From: Candidatus Aerophobus profundus SCGC AAA252-L23
GTDB lineage: Bacteria > Aerophobota > Aerophobia > Aerophobales > Aerophobaceae
Assembly: GCA_000402295.1 (NCBI GenBank)
Contig: AQRW01000183.1
Location: forward strand, 1-54,414
Direction of reading: 5' to 3'
Length of the DNA: 54,414 bases
Positions 26,550 through 35,474 of this stretch are shown piece by piece (position 1 is the stretch's first letter; each line of letters begins with the position of its first letter). Both the position numbers and the translations under genes were made by a program. The notes under the pieces were generated by a model. It worked only from the letters and a program-made list of their open reading frames with translations. It was not told where the DNA came from and did no database searches.

Positions 26550-29500
26550 TTATTCACCTAATAGATATAATGAGAGTATGACTTCGCGCTTTCCGAACAC
26601 TGCGGGGCTCCGCTCGGCATAATGGCTTTCCAGAAGTCTTATGGGGATATTATTCTGAAGTACTGCCAGCACCTTAAACGGATTTATCAGTTGATCTTTG
26701 AGGGCATTCAATGCTTTTATTGTGTGTTTGGCTGTCTGTTTGGGTAGTCCGCCTTCTTCAAGCTGGGTGAATACTTTTTTGAGGTAAAGCTCCTGGTCTT
26801 CGGTGAACTTCTGGGTGTTTTTCATGGTTGCTTTTAGAATCTTGAGGATACTGACGGCGCTATCGCGGCCTCTTCTTTTCTGGGGTTCTGCCATTTCTTC
26901 GGTTGTGGCAAGAACAAAGGCCTTTTTGTTCTTTTCCAGAAGGTCATAGAATTCTTCAGGAAGTTTATTCCTCTTTTCATCCGGTTTGCTTTCAAGCAGT
27001 TTAGCCGTTGCCATGAAATCAAGTTCTTCAGCCTGCTTCTTATCCTTCGCTACAAAGAACTTCTGAACCTTGCCGCGCCTAAAATATGTTATAAGCGATT
27101 TCGCAGTATTTTCTTTTGGCTTTGCTGTGCGTGCCTTTTTGGGAAGGCGCTTTGTTTTTTCAAACAAGTCGGGTTCCTTTTCCCGGATATGCCGGATCAC
27201 CTGAAGATATTTCAGTTCACTTTCCTCTGCTTCATCTCCACCCTCCAAAGTTTTCTTGGAGATCAATCGGTCAAACAGCTCATGTGAGCCTATGGGCTCT
27301 CCTTCGGTTAGAAGCTCCGCATCACCACCGAGCAGGGTCAAAAACGCATTGATTTTCCCTTCTGCCGCTTCTTTGAGCTTTATCTCGTTATTGGATTGTG
27401 TGGTCGGAAAAAAATTGAAGGTATGAATAGCATCAAAGAGTGTATCAACACGGTTCACACGTCCTACTCTCTGCATCATTCGGGTTGGATTCCAGGGGAT
27501 ATCGTAGTTAATCACTACATTGGAGCGGTGCAGGTTAACACCTTCTGAGAGGACCTCGGTAGAGACAAGTATTCGATAATCATCTTTCTTGTGACGGGCT
27601 CTGGCGTCGAAGTTTTCGATCACCTTATCACGGACAGACTCACCGGAATCGCCGGTAAAGAGAAGTACCCTTTCAGGATATTTGTCATTGATGTTTTTCG
27701 ACAGATAATCGGCGGTTTCCTTTGACTCGGTAAAGATTATCAGGTGACTTTGTCTCAAGATTTCTGTTTTGGACAATTCATCTAAGAGTTTCATCAGTTT
27801 TGGGTCGCGATTGACCTTCTGCCAGAGCTTTTTGACCTCCATAAGAATTTCACGGTCATGCTGCAGATCTTTCCTGAACTCTTTCCTGAAATCTTTGCTC
27901 TCGTATCTTTCCGCCTTGCCTTCATCTATTAATCGCTGAACTGCTTCGTCATCGTCGCTCTCAAGCAGTTCAAATATCTTGCTTGTATGTTTCTTGCTCA
28001 CATACACATTGCCGTTATCAAACTCTTTTATGAACATGTCGTAGGAGTGCAGGAACCGGTCAACGGAATTCCTGAAGGCAAAGAAGCTACTTTCCAGCCG
28101 TTTGACCAGCAGGATTTTCATAAAGCGTCCCATATTTCTCTGGGACTGCTCCTCAAGCTGGTCTATTTTTCCTTCATAATAGAGCATGGGCGTGTAGCGG
28201 GCGTATCTAAACTTATGGGCAATCAGGTCGATGGTTTGATTGAAAATACTGTCTTCTTCACTATTCAGTTCGTAGAATAGAGGCTCTGGTTTCTTTACTT
28301 CCGGAAATTTGAGGCCTTGTTCTCTTATGTCTTTACTGAAATAATTTTCAATTTCAGTTCTGGTGCGGCGCACCATTAAATATTTGAGAACTTTATTTCG
28401 TATTGCCCGTGAGTTTTCTTTTACAGTATCTATGTACTCGACATAGTCTTTCTTTCGGTCCAGTTTCTCCAGCTTCTTGTCCAGTCCGCTAAAGAATCCT
28501 TCCAGATTTGGCAGATTGGGGATGGTGCTCTTCTTGGCTTTTTGAAAAAGTTTAAGTAGGCTCAGGATGTCTTTCGGAGTATTGTTATAGGGCGTAGCTG
28601 TCACTAGAATAACCCTTTTGCCACGGCAGATTTCAGCCAGCTTCTCATAGGAAATTGTTGTTTCAGTTCGGAAACGGTGGGCTTCATCAATGATTATATT
28701 GGTGTATTTTTCGGTTCCTCTTTGCAAAAGGTCGTCAAGTTTCCCAATAGAATTAAAATCTGCCGGAAATCGAAAATCTGAAAACACATTCGTCCAGGAA
28801 CCGGGATTGGATTTTTCCAGAAGCACCGGCGGGGCGATAACAAGTGTTCTGCCGTCCAGTTGTCCGGCCAGCATTGCTGAAATATATGTTTTACCAAGGC
28901 CTACTACATCGGAGATAAAGACACCCCCGTACTCCATAAGAATCTTCTTGGCGTTTAAAACCGCCTGTTCCTGGTATTCAAGCTTTTTGAACTCTTGCGG
29001 GAGGTACTTAATAAACACTTCGTCTGTTTGGCTAAGTTCATCCTTGAAATATTCATATAGAAATTTCAGGTATAACCGGTAGGGTGAGATATTTTGGCTC
29101 AACCAGGTCTTATTTTGAATGGTCTGAACATACTTTTCGCTGACATCTACAGCATTATTCCATAATTCCTCAAATTTATTTTTAGCAAAGTCATAGTCAC
29201 TTCTGTTTTTCAGTTCCACGTTGAATTCAAGATTATCAACCAACCCCGCCTGGGTGAAATTACTGGAGCCTGTGATAACACGCCCAACATCCCTGTCACC
29301 TTCCGTGAATGTCATAATGTAGAGTTTGGCGTGTATATTCTGTGACGGATATGCTCGTATTTTCAGTTTGTCGCTTTTAATCCATTCCATGAACCTACTT
29401 ACTCCATCTTCCACTTTCCTATTGTCCTCAGAATCCTCCAATTCTTTCATAACGAGATTCTCAATTTCCTGCTTGGTTTCAGCGTGCGAGAAATCAAAAG

Positions 29501-29741
29501 GTTGCTGTGTGTTTCTATTGACCTTTTCCATTAAATCGAAAGTCTGTCTACTTGTACTGATTCCAATAAGAATTCTTATCTTTTCTGTGTTCTCCAAAGA
29601 CTTGTAAATGGCGTGAAATCCGCTGGAATAGAAGTAACCCACAAGGCAGTCAAAGAATGAGGTGTCTCTAATGAGGACGTGAAAACGCTCTTTGAGGGTT
29701 TGATTCTCTTCGTTGGTAATAAATGACAGGTCAGTGTTCAT
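26550..29741 (-). CDS. PLD-family nuclease domain fused to an SNF2-family helicase (1063 aa)
   Basis: N-terminal HKD motif: NIHAKLYIM...ITGSSNFT. Helicase motifs: VVGLGKTYI (I), IIIDEAHRFR (II), LVTATPYNN (III) and LSEGVNLH...YDIPWNPTRMMQRVGRVNR (V/VI). Confidence 0.8.
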   Translation of the reverse strand: MNTDLSFITNEENQTLKERFHVLIRDTSFFDCLVGYFYSSGFHAIYKSLENTEKIRILIGISTSRQTFDLMEKVNRNTQQPFDFSHAETKQEIENLVMKELEDSEDNRKVEDGVSRFMEWIKSDKLKIRAYPSQNIHAKLYIMTFTEGDRDVGRVITGSSNFTQAGLVDNLEFNVELKNRSDYDFAKNKFEELWNNAVDVSEKYVQTIQNKTWLSQNISPYRLYLKFLYEYFKDELSQTDEVFIKYLPQEFKKLEYQEQAVLNAKKILMEYGGVFISDVVGLGKTYISAMLAGQLDGRTLVIAPPVLLEKSNPGSWTNVFSDFRFPADFNSIGKLDDLLQRGTEKYTNIIIDEAHRFRTETTISYEKLAEICRGKRVILVTATPYNNTPKDILSLLKLFQKAKKSTIPNLPNLEGFFSGLDKKLEKLDRKKDYVEYIDTVKENSRAIRNKVLKYLMVRRTRTEIENYFSKDIREQGLKFPEVKKPEPLFYELNSEEDSIFNQTIDLIAHKFRYARYTPMLYYEGKIDQLEEQSQRNMGRFMKILLVKRLESSFFAFRNSVDRFLHSYDMFIKEFDNGNVYVSKKHTSKIFELLESDDDEAVQRLIDEGKAERYESKDFRKEFRKDLQHDREILMEVKKLWQKVNRDPKLMKLLDELSKTEILRQSHLIIFTESKETADYLSKNINDKYPERVLLFTGDSGESVRDKVIENFDARARHKKDDYRILVSTEVLSEGVNLHRSNVVINYDIPWNPTRMMQRVGRVNRVDTLFDAIHTFNFFPTTQSNNEIKLKEAAEGKINAFLTLLGGDAELLTEGEPIGSHELFDRLISKKTLEGGDEAEESELKYLQVIRHIREKEPDLFEKTKRLPKKARTAKPKENTAKSLITYFRRGKVQKFFVAKDKKQAEELDFMATAKLLESKPDEKRNKLPEEFYDLLEKNKKAFVLATTEEMAEPQKRRGRDSAVSILKILKATMKNTQKFTEDQELYLKKVFTQLEEGGLPKQTAKHTIKALNALKDQLINPFKVLAVLQNNIPIRLLESHYAERSPAVFGKREVILSLYLLGE

Positions 29742-29888
29742 TTGTATCCTTTGTTTTCACATAAGAATAATCTTCATGGTTATTCCTGACGGCACCATTT
29801 CATTTCTCTTTGTATCGGTACAACGTGCTGATTAACCGTCAGGTTTAGCGGTCGGCGGTTCTGGAATTGGAGTACTATGCGCTCAAAT

Positions 29889-30254
29889 CTATTTTTTATC
29901 CCTTAGAATGTCATGACCGGACTGGAAATCAAATACTTGCCACAGGATTCTTTCTATCAGCCACTCTTTTGGTTTTTTCTTGTCTCTGCTTGCCCCTCCT
30001 AGATCAATATAGAATTGGGCCACATCTTTTTGCTTTAGCCCCTGCAGCCTTTCAGACGCACCTTGACGACCGAGATCTTTTATTTCATCTAAGAAAGAGG
30101 ATACACTAACTTCAACGCCACTCGTCTTGGCTCGTTTGCGAGGTGGCTTATGTTCTTGTTCTGGGAGCTCGGCGATTAGATGGTTCAAATCATCGGCTAT
30201 TGCTGCAAGCTTTCCTGCGATACTGGATAATTTTCTAATTTGACGTGAATTCAT
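29889..30254 (-). CDS. hypothetical protein (121 aa), translationally coupled partner of ParA-like ATPase
   Basis: The ATG lies 12 nt after the ParA stop. N-terminal coiled-coil-like segment, a basic linker (KPPRKRAKT), and a C-terminal KKKPKEWLIERILWQVF. No family recognised. Confidence 0.45.
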   Translation of the reverse strand: MNSRQIRKLSSIAGKLAAIADDLNHLIAELPEQEHKPPRKRAKTSGVEVSVSSFLDEIKDLGRQGASERLQGLKQKDVAQFYIDLGGASRDKKKPKEWLIERILWQVFDFQSGHDILRDKK

Positions 30255-30266
30255 ACGCGAAGCCCT

Positions 30267-31163
30267 TCATGATATTGGTTTGGTAATGCGGTCATAGAAC
30301 TCTTCAGCCAGACTTTCCATTCTTGATTCATAGTCTCGATCCGCAGCGTAATCTGAAACAGCGATAGGAACCTTTTGTTGAGGCCGCTCAGCAATCCTAG
30401 TCGATTGGGGTACGGTTGTATCGAAGATCAGACCAGAGTACATGCTTCTAAACTTCCTCAGGAAGAATTCCTCCGATGATGTACCGCCACTCTGGTATCT
30501 TATCCTGTTGAATATTATTCCGACCAAATCTGGCGCTTTTAGCGAATGACCGCTCGTGCCTAAACTAGCTAAAATTCTGGAGGCATCAGCAAATAAGTTG
30601 TTAACGGACCTCTGGATGTGAGCAATGCCCAAAGTCGAGAGGTATTCGGCCAAAGCAACAATAACATATTTTTGGCTGGCAAATAGACCGTTCTGTGTGG
30701 CAAGATAAAGATTAGGCGGGCAATCTATCAGAATATAGTCGTAATCATTCTGCAGCTTCCCCAAAGATTGTCGCAGAAATAGCTTCGCTTGGATGTTTTC
30801 ATGACCAAATTTGGTCGCTAACCTCAGGTCCATTCCGAACAGTTCGATGTGGGATGGGATCAGGTCCAACCTATCAAGTTTATTGTGATATTTAACAGGC
30901 GTCTTGACCAGAATGTTTGAAATGTCAAAATCTCTACCGTCATAGAAACTCTGAAACAACTCTCTAAGGGTACCCTTTGCGTCTGAATGTTTTTCCCAAT
31001 CATTCTCGTCCATTAGCGACAATGTTGCATTAGTCTGAGGATCCAAGTCAACTACCAAAACCCTTTCTTTGAATTTGTGAACCAGAGATGCTGCAATTTC
31101 AACGCATACGGTCGTTTTACCGACTCCGCCTTTGAAATTTATGAAAGAGACTGTCGTTGCCAT
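30267..31163 (-). CDS. ParA/MinD-family P-loop ATPase (298 aa)
   Basis: The start is set at ATG 31163, behind GGAGGTCAATA; the track ORF starts at 31259. Deviant Walker A FINFKGGVGKTT, then VLVVDLDPQ and ILIDCPP. Confidence 0.8.
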   Translation of the reverse strand: MATTVSFINFKGGVGKTTVCVEIAASLVHKFKERVLVVDLDPQTNATLSLMDENDWEKHSDAKGTLRELFQSFYDGRDFDISNILVKTPVKYHNKLDRLDLIPSHIELFGMDLRLATKFGHENIQAKLFLRQSLGKLQNDYDYILIDCPPNLYLATQNGLFASQKYVIVALAEYLSTLGIAHIQRSVNNLFADASRILASLGTSGHSLKAPDLVGIIFNRIRYQSGGTSSEEFFLRKFRSMYSGLIFDTTVPQSTRIAERPQQKVPIAVSDYAADRDYESRMESLAEEFYDRITKPIS

Positions 31164-31894
31164 TATTGACCTCCGTCTTTTAATTAACGTCAAGCCCATA
31201 ACGAGCACGAGGTGAAGGGCCCTGGCTTTGACGGTAGTAGGTGTGCTTGCGGATGACAAGGCCAGGGGTCCGCGCCCGTCTCGGACAGGCGATACAACCG
31301 TTCACTCAAACGGCACACATCAGTTGCGACCCAAATAGTGAAGCTGCTGCTTGCCTGTTGGATTACATCCACTAGTTCGAAGACCCTGAAAGAAGGCGAA
31401 TTATAGTCTCCTGAACTTATTAAAGGTTTTCAGGAGCTTTATAGTTGCCTCATAGTATATAGACTATCACCTTCATATTCGCAGCGGTACAGTCCTTTAA
31501 AGTGAGCCCAAAGGGCCTCTGCAATACAGAGGGCTTTTGCAGGCACATCCTGGGAAATTCCTTTTGACTGGCTTTTGGCCTTTTCTGCTCAGATGTGCCA
31601 GATTGTTCACCTTTTTGATTGCCCTCCATTCCCACACTCCTTTCCTATTTCATCGCCTTATGTATCCGAACGACGCGTAAAGCGAGCAGCCCTGAGCTTG
31701 ACGACAGGAAGAGTAGTTACGGATGAACAAGACCATGGCTCCGCTCCAATGGACTATTCGGTCGCAAACCACCGGACGGGTCAACAGCACAGCAGTTCGC
31801 GCCCCACAGACGGGCAATACAGCCGTCCTTTCGAACAGACTCTTCAGGCGCAACGATTAGCTGTCGGCTAGAAGACCATTGTTGGACAAAATGG

Positions 31895-32851
31895 TTAGAT
31901 TTCCATTGGACCATTTATTTCTCGTTGAGTCATACTAGCGATGAAAGAGCATGCAACAAAAACGTATTCTAAACCTGTCGCATGTCGAATTTCCCAAGCA
32001 TCACCAACGTCGGGATCTATCCCGTGGTCAGCTGCATTCCGAATATGTCCCAAGTATTTAGCAATATTTAACAATTTTTTTGGCATAATTCTGTTCCTTT
32101 GCAGTTCTTCTGCTTTCGCATTTATTCCATCTTTGCCTACCAAATTTACATTAGACCGCACACCTAGCGCTGCCAAATATGATTCCACTGCATTTCCTGC
32201 TGTTACAACTGCACCCCGAGGATCATTTCTAGCTGAACGTTGCATCGCATTGGCAAGAGGTATTATTACTGTATCACGGGATGATCTTTCGATAGCATGT
32301 GAGCCAAGCCGCTTTCTAATTAGTTGTTCTGATGCCACGTCATTTGCACAACCACTTGCCAGAGCATCGATTCCGTTCGGTTCTTCTACCTCTCTTGGCC
32401 GATACACACCACCACCTTCAGCTAATAGTGCCTGACTGTATTGTCCGAGACTCAAAAGTGTCTCTTTGATATCATCATGATGTGCATCAAGGTCTAAGAT
32501 TATTTTCACTTGCTTAGCGGCTGTCGTGGCATCCTCAGTTGAAATGAGGCGCTCTCGGAATCTTGTGAAAGGTTCATAATCCTCTAGAACAACACGGAGG
32601 GCAGTTGCTTTTCGTTTTTGATTTGCCGTTACAAATGACCTGCAGAGTGGGCTTGAGACCTGGTACTTCCCGGAATTGGATTTCAAAAGTCCAAGGTCTT
32701 CCGCCAAACTTAATGCTGCTTCCGAGTTAGCCTTGGTTAGTTGTGCAAGATTGGAAATATACTGTGGGTCTGCAGGCCTTCCTGACAGATAAACAGCATC
32801 AACCGAAGCTACCACGGCCTCAGCGGTCACACGCCAAAAAGGTCGAGGCAT
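31895..32851 (-). CDS. wHTH-like N-terminal / HEPN (Rx4H) C-terminal domain protein (318 aa)
   Basis: GHIRNAADHG: codons CGG AAT GCA GCT GAC CAC were read on the minus strand at 32024-32041. The motif lies within a helical C-terminal region. The N-terminus has a wHTH-like segment (ISNLAQLTKANSEAALSLAEDLGLLK). Confidence 0.6.
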   Translation of the reverse strand: MPRPFWRVTAEAVVASVDAVYLSGRPADPQYISNLAQLTKANSEAALSLAEDLGLLKSNSGKYQVSSPLCRSFVTANQKRKATALRVVLEDYEPFTRFRERLISTEDATTAAKQVKIILDLDAHHDDIKETLLSLGQYSQALLAEGGGVYRPREVEEPNGIDALASGCANDVASEQLIRKRLGSHAIERSSRDTVIIPLANAMQRSARNDPRGAVVTAGNAVESYLAALGVRSNVNLVGKDGINAKAEELQRNRIMPKKLLNIAKYLGHIRNAADHGIDPDVGDAWEIRHATGLEYVFVACSFIASMTQREINGPMEI

Positions 32852-32860
32852 GGCAACCCC

Positions 32861-33604
32861 CTAATCTTCACGATCTTCTAAATTCCTTTCACTTGTATTT
32901 AATGAGTCGAGCATACTCCTTAGTCGCCCCCCAAGCTGTTCAATCTCATCTGGCTTGCAATCAATTCTGATTTGAATCGATATTTCTGTATTGACACCAC
33001 CGACTTGGCGGACACGTTCATCCCCCTGCTGAAGTGGTTGCAGACTTGCAGGTTTTTTCAAAGCTTTTTGTTCTTTGTCACCTGGCGCAGTCCTTTCTTG
33101 AGTTTGTTCATCATATTGAGAGGAGACTACAACTTTTCCATCTTCCTCCCGCAAAAGGCCACTGGCTTTCAAGATATCTATTACAGAACCAGAGCCTGCC
33201 ATAGCGTGCGGTCTTTTAGGTGCACCTGCTGACAATGCAACATGATTCCTCAAAGATGAAAGTTCCATTCCACCTCGAATGCTCACAGCAGATACAATTT
33301 TACACAAAAAGTCATTTTCATTCACTATGGTACGCCATGCAGATTCAACTTGGTCAGGCATTTCAAAATCTAAGGTTTGTGCTAACTTGCGTCCGGCCAT
33401 AGTTAACGATTTCTTCTTACCTGCAGAAAGAATACCTATAGAAACTAAAAAACCATTATTCCTGCTGACCTGCGAACGGCTTATTGCAGCTCGATCTGCG
33501 ACATCTTTCAGTGCGGCCTCATCGCGCGCATAGCCATATGCACGAATAATTTTCACAAGCTCACTATATGATGAACCAGGCAATTTAAAGTTTTCTTCAG
33601 CCAT
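32861..33604 (-). CDS. winged-helix-like DNA-binding protein (247 aa), upstream partner of the HEPN protein
   Basis: The start is set at ATG 33604, behind AAGGAGGTTCAAAAA; the track ORF starts at 33634. LKDVADRAAISRSQVSRNNGFLVSIGIL is HTH-like. The stop lies 9 nt before the HEPN gene start. Confidence 0.5.
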   Translation of the reverse strand: MAEENFKLPGSSYSELVKIIRAYGYARDEAALKDVADRAAISRSQVSRNNGFLVSIGILSAGKKKSLTMAGRKLAQTLDFEMPDQVESAWRTIVNENDFLCKIVSAVSIRGGMELSSLRNHVALSAGAPKRPHAMAGSGSVIDILKASGLLREEDGKVVVSSQYDEQTQERTAPGDKEQKALKKPASLQPLQQGDERVRQVGGVNTEISIQIRIDCKPDEIEQLGGRLRSMLDSLNTSERNLEDRED

Positions 33605-33639
33605 TTTTTGAACCTCCTTGTGAATGGTTAACATCTAGC

Positions 33640-33671
33640 ATCTTGATATCCAAAACCCACAATATCAAGAT
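33640..33671. promoter_or_regulatory. perfect 10-bp inverted repeat (candidate operator) upstream of the wHTH-HEPN operon
   Basis: ATCTTGATAT (33640-33649), a 12-nt spacer, then ATATCAAGAT (33662-33671). It lies 36-67 nt upstream of the 33604 start. Confidence 0.45.
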
Positions 33672-34228
33672 TTCTCAACGTCTGACGGTGAATTATGTGA
33701 AATTCAACCTTCTTATTTTTCAAAAAAGGCTTTGTAGAATGATAGAAACCTACGTCATACGGAAAGTAGCGAGATATACAGAATTCTATATAATAATTGA
33801 GTTTCATGTCAGCCATGTATTTAGAATCCAAAACTGATGGTCACAAAGAATACATACATCAATCCGTCTAAAACGTCAGGTTCACAAACCCTTTCGTACC
33901 AAATGGCTAAGGACGAATGAAAATCTGTGATTCACTTACCAAGATGGCTTCCTCTGGTGAATAGTGTAATATGCAGTTCAAGATTGTCAATAGCTGTATA
34001 CAGTACAAAAGGTCACAAAGTCATACTGACACAGGCTATGGCAATTCTCGTACAAGCAGATAGGGAAGACAAATCTAGTTCAACGGGAGGAGAAGCAGTA
34101 GGAAATTAGCATCGGCAGAAGAACAAGAGTGGAAAACACGACAACTGGTGCGACGAGTATAACAACAGCATGAGGGAGAGAATCGTGTCCCTAATCTCGC
34201 AAAAGTACGTGTCATAAGATTTTGTGCC

Positions 34229-34816
34229 CTACATCCAAACCTCTTTTGCCTCATGCCTTATTTTGTATTTACTGAAGAATTTCTCTGCGGTGTTTTTCTG
34301 GTTGAAAGGGGCAATTATACATCCCGGGGAAAGCTTTTCACCACCAATTTTTTGCAGGAGCCCTTGATAAGTGTATTTTTCTTTTGCCCGGGCGTATAGC
34401 TCTCTGTTGAATCTTGCCTTTGTCTTTTGGTCCAGGGTATTCAGACTAAAGGTATAAATGAGGTAAGGTTTTTGTTTGGTAATCTGGGTGGCGGGTATCT
34501 CACATGGTTCCCTCAAGTATAGAAGCTTTCCCTCCTGTAATATGTTTTCAAGCAATCCTATGTCTGTTTTTTTTAGTTCTTTCCCGGTCCTTACGGTTGG
34601 TTGAATGCTTTTTCCAATTTTTTCTTCTATATCAATTATCTTATCCTGGATACTATTCATTGTCTCTTGCTTAGTGGTAAGTATGAACAAATCTAGGTCT
34701 GATTTTGGGCCGTAATCACCTCTGGCAAAGCTTCCATATAAAATAATAAGCTTTATATCATCTATTGTCGATAATTCCTTTACTGTTTTTTTAAGCATCC
34801 TTTTCAATGTGCTCAC
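34229..34816 (-). CDS. minimal nucleotidyltransferase (MNT) domain protein with long C-terminal extension (195 aa)
   Basis: ILYGSFARGDYGPKSDLDLFIL matches the GSxxRG...SDxDL NTP_transf_2 signature. The start overlaps the upstream HEPN stop (ATGA at 34813-34816). Confidence 0.75.
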   Translation of the reverse strand: MSTLKRMLKKTVKELSTIDDIKLIILYGSFARGDYGPKSDLDLFILTTKQETMNSIQDKIIDIEEKIGKSIQPTVRTGKELKKTDIGLLENILQEGKLLYLREPCEIPATQITKQKPYLIYTFSLNTLDQKTKARFNRELYARAKEKYTYQGLLQKIGGEKLSPGCIIAPFNQKNTAEKFFSKYKIRHEAKEVWM

Positions 34817-35157
34817 CCAAATCTTTGGTTGAAGAACTTTGAAATAATCCCTAAATTCTCCATAACAGATTTTGCCCTCTTTCCGTTAACCCCATCATAA
34901 CCTAAATCACCATAGGCAAACCAGACCTTACGCATGGCCCTATTAACACCTGCTGGAAAGTTTTTGTTGGAGTATTCATGTCTGTCATTATGGGTGCCAA
35001 AATGCTGGTTACTTCTGGCAGCATCCGCTTCTACCAATTGCTCCACCACCTTTGTGGCCAGATCTCCCACTACAGTGTACCTTCTTTTTTCGTAGGCCTC
35101 TTTTAAGGCGGACAATTTTTCTTTTGCCAAGGATAAATGTTTCTCAAAAGTGCCCAT
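34813..35157 (-). CDS. HEPN-domain protein (114 aa), partner of MNT
   Basis: Helical protein (..YTVVGDLATKVVEQLVEADAARSN.HFGTH..) in the position and size typical of HEPN partners of MNT genes. No clear Rx4-6H motif seen. Confidence 0.5.
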   Translation of the reverse strand: MGTFEKHLSLAKEKLSALKEAYEKRRYTVVGDLATKVVEQLVEADAARSNQHFGTHNDRHEYSNKNFPAGVNRAMRKVWFAYGDLGYDGVNGKRAKSVMENLGIISKFFNQRFG

Positions 35158-35474
35158 TATGCCTCACCCTCCCGATTTCGTTACGATAAGGAAATTGACC
35201 TCATTTCACCTATTTTTCGTTATGGTAACAAGATATTCAAAGATGACTGGGAGCTGATCTGTGAATACTACTCTACATATTTTACGTACAACGAAGGATA
35301 AGTCAAATTTCAAGAGTTTCCAGCCCCATATTTGGTGTCCATATAGTGTCTATTTTAGGTGCAAAATCCTGTGTTTTGATACAGATTGGTGGGGAATGAA
35401 AAACTGATGAAACTGTGGTCTGAAGTGTGTTTTCTGCATTGGGTAGGTTTCTTAGAATTGCCCCGGATGGGCTC

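Noticed and set aside
23233-29741. Complete DISARM or BREX system
   Set aside because: No DrmA/DrmB (DUF1998), PglZ, BrxC or BrxL-type genes are present anywhere in the window. Only partial domain resemblance to DISARM class 1 exists.
31640-31894. Known structured RNA (RNase P, tmRNA, SRP/4.5S, a common riboswitch or retron msr/msd) in the GC-rich gap
   Set aside because: By eye, none of the conserved cores I can recall (the RNase P GAGGAAAGUCC region, the tmRNA tRNA-like ends, the SRP domain IV) are present. No reverse transcriptase gene is in the window, so a retron is unlikely. The region is kept only as an unexplained segment.
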